Part shown: positions 1 through 7,708 of the stretch, piece after piece
Numbering within the stretch: position 1 is the first letter of the stretch
How the letters are laid out: each line of letters opens with the position of its first letter
NCBI GenBank assembly: GCA_949288455.1
Contig: CASEKF010000019.1
Span: 5,940-69,939 of the forward strand
Length of the DNA stretch: 64,000 nt
Direction of reading: 5' to 3'
From: an uncultured bacterium
GTDB lineage: Bacteria; Vulcanimicrobiota; CADAWZ01
The notes under the pieces: generated by a model
Databases searched by the model: none
What the model was told of the DNA's origin: nothing
What the model saw: only the letters and a program-made list of their open reading frames with translations
Position numbers and translations under genes: made by a program

Positions 1-504
1 CTGCAGAGACTCCATCATAGATTTATATTCGCTAGGCGTTAAAAACGAAGAATAAGGATCCCCCGTTCCTTTTAAAAGTCCGCATATACACGCATATTTC
101 AACAAATTGCGGGGAACATCCGAATCTAAACTTAAAACGGCGCCGAAAGCTTCCGAAGGAGAGGCAAAAGCTTTGCCTGCAAGAGGATTTATCTTGCCTG
201 AAGCTTCAAAGAGAGCATTTATCTCTCTAAGAATAGAATCAGTCAAATCCTTATCCGAAGGAGAACCGTAAAAATAACCTTTAATTATTCTTTCAATCCT
301 AAAAAAAACTTCCTCTTGAGGATCAAAACCTACGTTTCCTTGTTCCGCCAACAATTTTTTATAATCGGGATGACTTGCCGCAGCTTCCTTCAGCTTTTGA
401 TAATTATCGCTCTGATTCCGCTCTTCGTTAGATATAGCGGGCATAGAAAAAACAGCGAAAATTAACGTCAAACAATATATATATAGAAAAAATTTCTTGT
501 TCAC
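1..504 (-). CDS. S41 family carboxyl-terminal protease (CtpA/Prc-like), N-terminal part; runs off the window edge
   Basis: Not in the ORF track; translated by hand from GTG at 504 (GTGA overlap with the stop of the upstream gene): MNKKFFLYIYCLTLIFAVFSMPAIS (signal peptide) ... GLLKGTGDPYSSFLTPSEYKSMMESLQ. The DPYSxFL motif precedes the PDZ domain in S41 proteases. Confidence 0.75.
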   Translation of the reverse strand, partial: MNKKFFLYIYCLTLIFAVFSMPAISNEERNQSDNYQKLKEAAASHPDYKKLLAEQGNVGFDPQEEVFFRIERIIKGYFYGSPSDKDLTDSILREINALFEASGKINPLAGKAFASPSEAFGAVLSLDSDVPRNLLKYACICGLLKGTGDPYSSFLTPSEYKSMMESLQ

Positions 505-725
505 TTAATTCTCCGATTTATCTTTTTTGCCGTTAAAACAGGGCCGACCATAGCTATACCCATCATATTCTTATTTTCAAATCCTTCTATAACGACGGTC
601 TCTTCCGCAGGACAAGAAGAACTATCGATCCCGTCCAACTGAAAAACTCTGCCGTCTTCAGTTTTAAAAAGCCTGCAGCCGCCTTCCAGATCGCTATCTA
701 TAATTTTTCCTTTATATTTTTTCAA
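501..725 (-). CDS. small hypothetical protein (about 74 aa), possibly OB-fold/DUF5818-like
   Basis: ORF 501..791; likely start TTG at 725 after GGAGG (734-738). Sequence GKIIDSDLEGGCRLFKTEDGRVFQLDG. Lies between two protease genes. Confidence 0.55.
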   Translation of the reverse strand: MKKYKGKIIDSDLEGGCRLFKTEDGRVFQLDGIDSSSCPAEETVVIEGFENKNMMGIAMVGPVLTAKKINRRIK

Positions 726-834
726 AATTAAATCCTCCGTATATAAGAAATATTTTCTAAGCTCCCGGTAAGAATAAATATCAGATTTCAACGTTTAAAC
801 GGATACTTCTTAAATATCTGATCAAACTTCAAAC

Positions 835-2661
835 TTACTTTTTATCAGAAAAAAATCGAATATATAAAAACGAAATAACAAAGCAAATTAACGCGTTTAT
901 CGCCAGCCATATAAGCTTTATAAGAGCTAAACCGCCCAAGATCGAGACGGCAGATAACCCCCAATAAAACGAAAGAGCCAAAGCGGAAGCCGTTCCCAGG
1001 GAAACTCCGGCGGAAAACTTCCGTAAAGCCGCAAAAGGCATAGATAAAAACAAAAGCGAAAACGGCAATATAGCGCAGTTAAAAATAAAACCAAGAAAAA
1101 GGTTGTCTCCGAACAAAGGAATATACCATTCATATAAGCCTCTTGAAACCAAAGACAGCAGCGGAATACGCGAGATTAACGATTCAGGCAAGAAAAACAA
1201 ACCGCAAGCGCCGAATATTATGCCTAACGCAAACGGAACGGATGCGGTAAACGCGTTTATATACGGCTGTTTTTCCAGTCTTTTTCTAAAAAAAGCCACG
1301 CCCAGAAAAGCGACTAACAAAATTAAGCATTCCTGAACCGCGCTTTTCCTTTTGACATTCAAAAAAGAGAAACCTTGACATTGATCCATATCAAGAATTT
1401 TGGCCGTTTTTAACGCCTTCTCAACGTCAAGAATCCCGGCTCCGTAACCTTCGTCCAAATTTAATCCCTTAGAATAAGCCGTCTTTTTCAATATTTCTAC
1501 GACTTTATCAGGTTTTTTCACTCCGACAGACTTGAGAAGAGCAGCCGCGCCCGCTACATGAGGAGAAGCCATGGAAGTGCCCTGATACAATGCGTATTCT
1601 TCTTCTGAAGGATTAGCTTTCTTAATGGTATTTTGCAAAATACCGTCGGGATAACCGTCTTTATCCTGATCAACGGTCATATCTCCTCCCGGAGCGGCAA
1701 TATCGATAGAAGATCCCCTAGACGAATAAGGCGCGAGCAAATTATCATATCTAACGGCAGAAACGGAAATACAATATTTGTAACCCGCCGGATAATTGGG
1801 AAAATTTCCTCCATCGTTACCGGCGGCGCAAACTATAACGCACCCTTTCTTTTTAGCATACTTACAGGCTCCTTCAAGTATTCTGCTTCCCGTTCTTCCT
1901 CCTAAGCTCAAATTTATCACGTCCGCTCCGTTGTCGGCGGCATATTTCACCGCTTCGGCTATATCTGAAATAGATCCGGTCCCCATTGAATTCAATACCT
2001 TTAACGGCATAATAGAAGCCGAAAAAGCTATGCCCGCGACGCCTTTCCCATTATTTGTAGACTGCGCTATAGTTCCGGCGACATGAGAACCATGACCGTT
2101 ATCGTCGTTAGCATGCGAAGTGTCGTTTACAAAATTGTAAGGAGAAACGAACGAAGTTTTATCAAAATCCTCAATTTTCTTAAATTTACCGTAATTCTCG
2201 TAAGCTACCCCGGTGTCTATAACGGCTACCGTGACGTTTTTACCGGTAGCTAAATTCCATGCCGCTTCCATCTTGATTTTTTTTAAATTCCATTGACGAT
2301 TAAACATAGGATCGTTCGGTTTGCCAAAAGCGCGATATATATAATTAGGCTCGGCATATTTAACCGCGGGATTATTTTTCAATTTGACAAGCGCATCCGC
2401 AATACCGTCGTCTTCAACTTCCGCTAACATTATGCCGGAAGATTCAGAAAAAGCGCTGTTTTTTCGTAAAATTACTCCGTCTTTTTTTAAGCTACAGCTT
2501 AAAGAGTTAAAAGAAGATAAAGAAGGATCCTTTAATTCGACGGCTATTTCTCCGTCTACGCGTAAGGCGGATAAAGGCGCAAGTTCTTCCGCGGAATAAA
2601 CTAAAGCGAAAGAACAAAAAAATACGACAAAAGACACTAAATTATAAGCAAAAAATTTCAC
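835..2661 (-). CDS. S8 subtilisin-like serine peptidase with propeptide and C-terminal multi-pass membrane domain
   Basis: Catalytic motifs VAVIDTG, HGSHVAG and GTSMASPHVAG; signal-like N-terminus from GTG 2661 (RBS AGGAGG 2667-2672); about 5 hydrophobic helices at the C-terminus. Confidence 0.92.
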   Translation of the reverse strand: MKFFAYNLVSFVVFFCSFALVYSAEELAPLSALRVDGEIAVELKDPSLSSFNSLSCSLKKDGVILRKNSAFSESSGIMLAEVEDDGIADALVKLKNNPAVKYAEPNYIYRAFGKPNDPMFNRQWNLKKIKMEAAWNLATGKNVTVAVIDTGVAYENYGKFKKIEDFDKTSFVSPYNFVNDTSHANDDNGHGSHVAGTIAQSTNNGKGVAGIAFSASIMPLKVLNSMGTGSISDIAEAVKYAADNGADVINLSLGGRTGSRILEGACKYAKKKGCVIVCAAGNDGGNFPNYPAGYKYCISVSAVRYDNLLAPYSSRGSSIDIAAPGGDMTVDQDKDGYPDGILQNTIKKANPSEEEYALYQGTSMASPHVAGAAALLKSVGVKKPDKVVEILKKTAYSKGLNLDEGYGAGILDVEKALKTAKILDMDQCQGFSFLNVKRKSAVQECLILLVAFLGVAFFRKRLEKQPYINAFTASVPFALGIIFGACGLFFLPESLISRIPLLSLVSRGLYEWYIPLFGDNLFLGFIFNCAILPFSLLFLSMPFAALRKFSAGVSLGTASALALSFYWGLSAVSILGGLALIKLIWLAINALICFVISFLYIRFFSDKK

Positions 2662-2906
2662 CGAGACCTCCTTCTGCGACGTATAAGAGAAACGAGCTTG
2701 CAAACTCAGCTTATAAAAACGCGAATAACGCAATTTTAGTATATTTCGTATTATTATAACATAGAAATTTAACGATAACAACTTAAAAACATAGACAAAA
2801 AACTTAAAACAAAATTAAAATATATACCGATTTTCAACATCTAAATCAGACGGCGGGAAGCGTATTGCTAAAACTTAAGAGAGCGTACGATAAATTGCAA
2901 AATAAT

Positions 2907-2954
2907 AAAAAAATATGTTCGAAAATCCATACCGACTCTCAAACATATTTTTTT
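2907..2954 (-). terminator. intrinsic terminator of the 2989-3915 gene
   Basis: Minus-strand stem AAAAAATATGTTTGAGAGTC / GATTTTCGAACATATTTTTT ending in a T run, about 35 nt after the stop. Confidence 0.65.
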
Positions 2955-2988
2955 ACTAAAAAGTAATCGAAAGAAAATAATTCGCAGA

Positions 2989-3915
2989 TTAAGAAGCGGC
3001 TCCGGCTATCTGATTATATATTTTGGTAACTCCTACGTGCCAATTCTGATCAGTGGCCCATCCGGCTTTATTTACGGCGCTTGTCTGTTCCGCGACCGAA
3101 GCTGAAGGGGAACATCCCGCTTTATCTCTCAATTTTGCGAAAGTTTGAGCTCCTTTCTTAATCTGGTTCTCAACTCCGCTAAACGTAGGATTTCTAGTAG
3201 CGTTATTAGGATCGCTGTCATAAGCTCCTACTCCAAGCATACCGTTAACTCCTATTCCGGTCTTTCCCCATTGAGTTTCTTGACCGGCAATAGCTAAAAG
3301 AATGAATGGATCTACGTTGTATTCCTTTCCATATTTAACCATCATAGCTCCCGCACCCTGTCCTGCCGCAGGAGAACCCTTCTGACCTAAATACTCGTCT
3401 ATAAACTGGGCTTTGGCTTGATCGTCTCCGGTAAGAGGAGCCGAAGAAGCGGCTCCGGTTCCCGAGCTCTCCGAAACCGGCGAAGAACCGCCTGATCCGC
3501 TTATGGGCGAAGAACCGCCGGGAACGCCATAAGAACCCGCGCTTCCCGTTCCAGTATTAGAAGCCATAACCTGCTGCAGCATTTTAAACATTTCTACGAG
3601 AAGCTGCATCATCTGCTGCATGTTTTCGTCTGAAACCTGACCGCCGAACTGGCTCGCAGGATTAGCGAAAAGAGTATTAAAACCGGGAACGTTTCCTAAA
3701 CCAAGAGAAGAAAGATCTCCCCCTTTAGAAGATAAAAGATTGGAAGCCTGAGCGTAAGGATCTTTTATATCTCCGGAGAAAAGCGAAGAATCTAAACCAA
3801 AGCTAAAATTAGAAGAAATATTGCCTATAGCTCCGGAGCCAGGCAAAGAAATATTTTGAGAAAATCCAACGGATATTCCGGCGGAAATTTGGGGCGTATT
3901 ATTGCCGATCTTCAT
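2989..3915 (-). CDS. Gly/Ser-rich N-terminal module plus C-terminal lysozyme-fold glucosaminidase (GH73-like) peptidoglycan hydrolase
   Basis: C-terminal YNVDPFILLAIAGQETQWG (catalytic Glu helix) and WATDQNW (YATD-like motif). No Sec signal peptide. RBS AGGAGG. Confidence 0.75.
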   Translation of the reverse strand: MKIGNNTPQISAGISVGFSQNISLPGSGAIGNISSNFSFGLDSSLFSGDIKDPYAQASNLLSSKGGDLSSLGLGNVPGFNTLFANPASQFGGQVSDENMQQMMQLLVEMFKMLQQVMASNTGTGSAGSYGVPGGSSPISGSGGSSPVSESSGTGAASSAPLTGDDQAKAQFIDEYLGQKGSPAAGQGAGAMMVKYGKEYNVDPFILLAIAGQETQWGKTGIGVNGMLGVGAYDSDPNNATRNPTFSGVENQIKKGAQTFAKLRDKAGCSPSASVAEQTSAVNKAGWATDQNWHVGVTKIYNQIAGAAS

Positions 3916-4063
3916 TAATAAAATTCCTCCTAAATTTTTGTCTCGTCTTTTATTTTGCTTATACTCCCAAACAAAAGACCCTAAATTTTTACGTTAAGAT
4001 CCCATATACAATAAATAAACGTTTAAGTGAGACAATAGCTAAATATTAAATTTATCTCACATT

Positions 4064-4129
4064 TATATTATATATGCGATAAAGATAAATAAACAAAAAC
4101 TATTTGTAAATTTTTTTAATTTTTTGTAA
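4064..4129 (-). promoter_or_regulatory. putative promoter with direct-repeat activator box TTACA-N15-TTACA and -10 TATAAT
   Basis: Plus-strand TGTAA at 4105-4109 and 4125-4129, ATTATA at 4067-4072. The same architecture occurs upstream of the paralog (37385-37451). Confidence 0.55.
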
Positions 4130-4155
4130 AAAACTTTACAAACAATCTCAAACCT

Positions 4156-5988
4156 CTACATTTTAGCGGTATACTTTTCAAGAAGTTTTATAGAGTTCTT
4201 AACGTAAGTTTCGGTTCTCAAAGCAGATAAAGATCTCTGACTCATTAAAGCCAAATCGTAAATTTCCCAAATTACCAGATTTATATCTTCGACAGGCTCC
4301 GAAAGTCCCGAAAGAGATTTCTTTAAATTTTGAATTACGGAACTGGACGCATTTATAACCAGAGTATGCTCGTTTAACGTTCCAAGAGCGTCATTTTTCC
4401 CAAACATGGCAAACATGTCGCTCATTCTCCTGGATTGCTCGTTTAAAAGAACTACGGCCGGAACGTCCCCCGCATTTAAATATTTCACTTCAATATTTAA
4501 ACCGGGAATATCCAATACTTTTTTAAATAAATCTTGAATAGTTTCCGAAAAGGTCTTGTTAGTTTTCGGATCGACTATTCCCGATTCTCCGTTTTCATTT
4601 ATCGAGGAGTCGGTAAGTTCAGAATCGACTCTCAAAAATTTAATTTCTTTGTACTTGCTCTCCAAGAAAGGAATAAAATGAACGTCTATCCAGGAATCGG
4701 CCAGTAAAACTTCGATTGATTGTTCCTTCAAAATATTGATATAAAAAGACTGAGTCTTATCATCCGAAGCGTAGTAAACTTTTTCCTTGCCTTTTACGAA
4801 GTCTTCGAAAACTACAAAATTTCCGGAGAAAAGCTTAAAAACAAGAGAAGATTTCATCGCTTCAAAAAACTTATCGTCTTCCATCATGCCGACTTTTATA
4901 AAAGGATTAATATCGTCCCAATAATCTTCATATTTTTTTCTGTCCGATTTAAACAAGCCCGAAAGCTCGTCTGAAACTTTCCTGGTTATATGAGCCGTAA
5001 GCTTTTTCATAATAGGATCCTGCTGAAGATAACTTCTGGAAACGTTCAGCGGCATATCCGGACAATCTATTACGCCTCTTAAATTCATTAAAAAAGGAGG
5101 AATTAAATCTTTTAAATTATCGCTGACGTAAACCGAATTATAATAAAATTTGATCTTACCTTTAGACGGATCTAATTCATGCGTCAATTTTGGAAAATAT
5201 AAAATGCCTTTTGCTCTAATAGGATAATCGGAATTTATATGTATCCAAAAAATAGGTTCTTGTTCAAACGGATATAAATATCTATAAAAATCAATATAAT
5301 CTTCGTCTTTAATCTCGTTAGGACGTTCCATCCACAAAGGTTTACGTTCGTTCACTCTTCTGGAATTCAGAAAAATAGGAACAGGAATAAAAGCGCAGTA
5401 AGTTTCAAGAATCCTACTTATCTTATATTCGTCCAAATATTCCGATTCGTTATCGGATACGCGCAATATAACGTCCGTTCCGCGCTTTGACCGACTTCCC
5501 TCCGATAATTCATAATCCGGAGAACCTCCGCATTTCCAATGAGCCGCCTTAGCTCCGTCCAAATAAGACAAAGAATCTATTTCCACATAATCAGAAATAA
5601 TAAACGAACTGTAAAAGCCCAATCCAAAATGGCCTATTATCTGACTGCTTTCGTCGTCGCTTTTATATTTGCTAAGAAAATCGTTAGCTCCGGAAAACGC
5701 TACCTCGCTTATATATTTTTTTATCTCTTCGGCAGTCATTCCAATGCCGTTATCAGAGAAAGTAAGAGTCTTCTTTTCCCTATCTATAGCGACATGAATT
5801 TCATATTGTTCTTCCTCTTCGGTTTTAAACTCTCCCAAACTTTTCAAACGCTTAATTTTATTTATCGCGTCAAGTCCGTTAGTTATAAGTTCTCTTACAA
5901 AAATATCCTTTTCGGAATAAAGCCATTTTTTTATTAAAGGAAATAAATTTTCCATTTGTACCGATACGGCGCCTTTTTCCACTGCCAT
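4156..5988 (-). CDS. htpG: molecular chaperone HtpG (Hsp90)
   Basis: LYSEKDIFVRELITN, DNGIGMT, IGHFGLGFYS, PLNVSRSYLQ; ATG at 5988 after AGGAGG. Confidence 0.97.
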   Translation of the reverse strand: MAVEKGAVSVQMENLFPLIKKWLYSEKDIFVRELITNGLDAINKIKRLKSLGEFKTEEEEQYEIHVAIDREKKTLTFSDNGIGMTAEEIKKYISEVAFSGANDFLSKYKSDDESSQIIGHFGLGFYSSFIISDYVEIDSLSYLDGAKAAHWKCGGSPDYELSEGSRSKRGTDVILRVSDNESEYLDEYKISRILETYCAFIPVPIFLNSRRVNERKPLWMERPNEIKDEDYIDFYRYLYPFEQEPIFWIHINSDYPIRAKGILYFPKLTHELDPSKGKIKFYYNSVYVSDNLKDLIPPFLMNLRGVIDCPDMPLNVSRSYLQQDPIMKKLTAHITRKVSDELSGLFKSDRKKYEDYWDDINPFIKVGMMEDDKFFEAMKSSLVFKLFSGNFVVFEDFVKGKEKVYYASDDKTQSFYINILKEQSIEVLLADSWIDVHFIPFLESKYKEIKFLRVDSELTDSSINENGESGIVDPKTNKTFSETIQDLFKKVLDIPGLNIEVKYLNAGDVPAVVLLNEQSRRMSDMFAMFGKNDALGTLNEHTLVINASSSVIQNLKKSLSGLSEPVEDINLVIWEIYDLALMSQRSLSALRTETYVKNSIKLLEKYTAKM

Positions 5989-6108
5989 TTCAGCCTCCTT
6001 TATCAATAAGCGATATGTTTAGACGGCAGTATTATAATAAAAAAGCCCGAAATTATCAAGATAAAACGAAATAAAGACACTTAAGCAAAATATTTACGGA
6101 CAAATTCA

Positions 6109-6138
6109 TTGTCATCTGGATATGTAATATGCTATAAT
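6109..6138 (+). promoter_or_regulatory. sigma70-type promoter
   Basis: TTGTCA (6109-6114)-N18-TATAAT (6133-6138) with extended TG, upstream of the 6288 gene. Confidence 0.55.
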
Positions 6139-6287
6139 AAAAACGTATATATAATTCGCAAGAAATATGAACATAGCGACAAAATCTAAGTTTGAAATTA
6201 AAATATTCTACGACTTTAAACGCAACGCCTAACAATTACGCGTTTTGCTAACGGACAACAATAAAAATATTGAGGAGTTACACGCTA

Positions 6288-7169
6288 ATGAACGCAATAT
6301 CAAACGTACCTCAGGCATATATTCCCACAAATACGGCAAACATCGGGCAAACTCCGGAAACAAGCGTAAAAATTGGAAAAACGGAAGAAGCCCCTTCCGT
6401 CGTATCCGAAGATAAACTTGACGGCATAGATTTCTCGTCTCAGCCTTCCAAAAGCAAAGAAACTCGCGAAACTGCGCAGACTTCGTCAATTCAGAACTCT
6501 GATCAAATATCCGGCCAAACGAAAAAACTCTCTTGCGATTCCTTATCCACAGCCGGAAAAGCGGCGGCATCCTGTATAACCGGAACGGCCGGAGCCGTAG
6601 TCGGAGAAGCTATGGAATCTCTGAAAGACTATCAGGAAGAAATTGAAAAAGGATATCATCTGCCGGAAAAATTTATATGCGGTTATTATGACAGAAGAAT
6701 ATTCCCATATCTTGACAGACCTAATTACTCAAAATCCGACGAATATATGTATAGAGGAATGTACATAACGGTAGACGAGCTCGCCAATATTTTGAGAAAC
6801 GGATTCGAAACAAAATTCAATACTTGGTCTGCCGTAGGAGGCAAAGGCATATATTTAACTTCGAGCATACATGAAGCCGACGATTATATATTCCAATCCG
6901 TAGACTTTAAAAAGAAAAACGCTCTTGGCGTAGTGTTCAAATTACATCCCGGAGATTACGCTAAATTAGTCGAAGATCCTAAATATAATTCGACTAATAC
7001 AATATATAAATCAGACGCCGATGTGCCTCCGGACAAAATAGCGGACATTTATCTTAGAGGAGAATACGGTCTTGAAAGCCTAGGCTCAATTATAGAAAAA
7101 GCGAAAAACGGAGAAATCAAAGACAATTCTAAATGGACAAGTCAGTTTGACTCGTACATGATGAGATAA
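6288..7169 (+). CDS. putative ADP-ribosyltransferase-fold protein with disordered N-terminus
   Basis: YMYRGM (Arg strand), GKGIYLTSSIHEADDY (aromatic-x-T/S-S motif), GVVFKL and VPPDKI in the order typical of ART folds; N-terminal ~110 aa rich in S/T/Q. ATG 6288 after GAGGAG. Confidence 0.55.
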   Translation: MNAISNVPQAYIPTNTANIGQTPETSVKIGKTEEAPSVVSEDKLDGIDFSSQPSKSKETRETAQTSSIQNSDQISGQTKKLSCDSLSTAGKAAASCITGTAGAVVGEAMESLKDYQEEIEKGYHLPEKFICGYYDRRIFPYLDRPNYSKSDEYMYRGMYITVDELANILRNGFETKFNTWSAVGGKGIYLTSSIHEADDYIFQSVDFKKKNALGVVFKLHPGDYAKLVEDPKYNSTNTIYKSDADVPPDKIADIYLRGEYGLESLGSIIEKAKNGEIKDNSKWTSQFDSYMMR

Positions 7170-7228
7170 CGTAAAATTATTAATACTTGTTAACGCTTGA
7201 GAGTCGCTTCTTAATTTGGCAAACCGCT

Positions 7229-7291
7229 AGACTCATTATAAATCGAACTCGCTCCTAAAAAAACGGAGCGAGTTCGATTTATAATGAGTCT
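7229..7291. terminator. perfect 27-bp inverted repeat between convergent genes (probable bidirectional terminator)
   Basis: AGACTCATTATAAATCGAACTCGCTCC (7229-7255), 9-nt loop, exact reverse complement at 7265-7291. Confidence 0.7.
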
Positions 7292-7335
7292 GAATGACCT
7301 AAATTCATAAATAGTTAAATACGGCATCAAAAAAA

Positions 7336-7596
7336 TTAAGAAAATTTACGTCCTAAAAAGAAACCTCCGATAGCTCCTATGGCAGTTCCCAAATTAAAAT
7401 TAAAACAAAATCCTATCGTCAGCGAAAAAAAATACAAATCTATAACGGCGGGAGGATTGAGACCTATATTAAGCTTTGCGGCGATCAACGGGAAAAAAGA
7501 TCCCAAAGATTCCGCAATTAGAGAACCGGCCAAAGTTCCGGTAACTATGAACATTGCCATAATAAACGCGCCTGCGTTATTTGAATCTTTTGCCAT
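7336..7596 (-). CDS. DUF4321-like small membrane protein
   Basis: 86 aa, hydrophobic; IDLYFFSLTIGFCFNFNLGTAIG pattern matches DUF4321. Confidence 0.7.
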   Translation of the reverse strand: MAKDSNNAGAFIMAMFIVTGTLAGSLIAESLGSFFPLIAAKLNIGLNPPAVIDLYFFSLTIGFCFNFNLGTAIGAIGGFFLGRKFS

Positions 7597-7708
7597 TTAC
7601 GTATTGACCCACCTTACATAAATTTAAAAACGAACAAATCGCTGAGCTTAAGACGACTAAAAAAAACAAAAGCCAAACGTTTAATCAAAAACGTTATCAT
7701 AATCAAAT

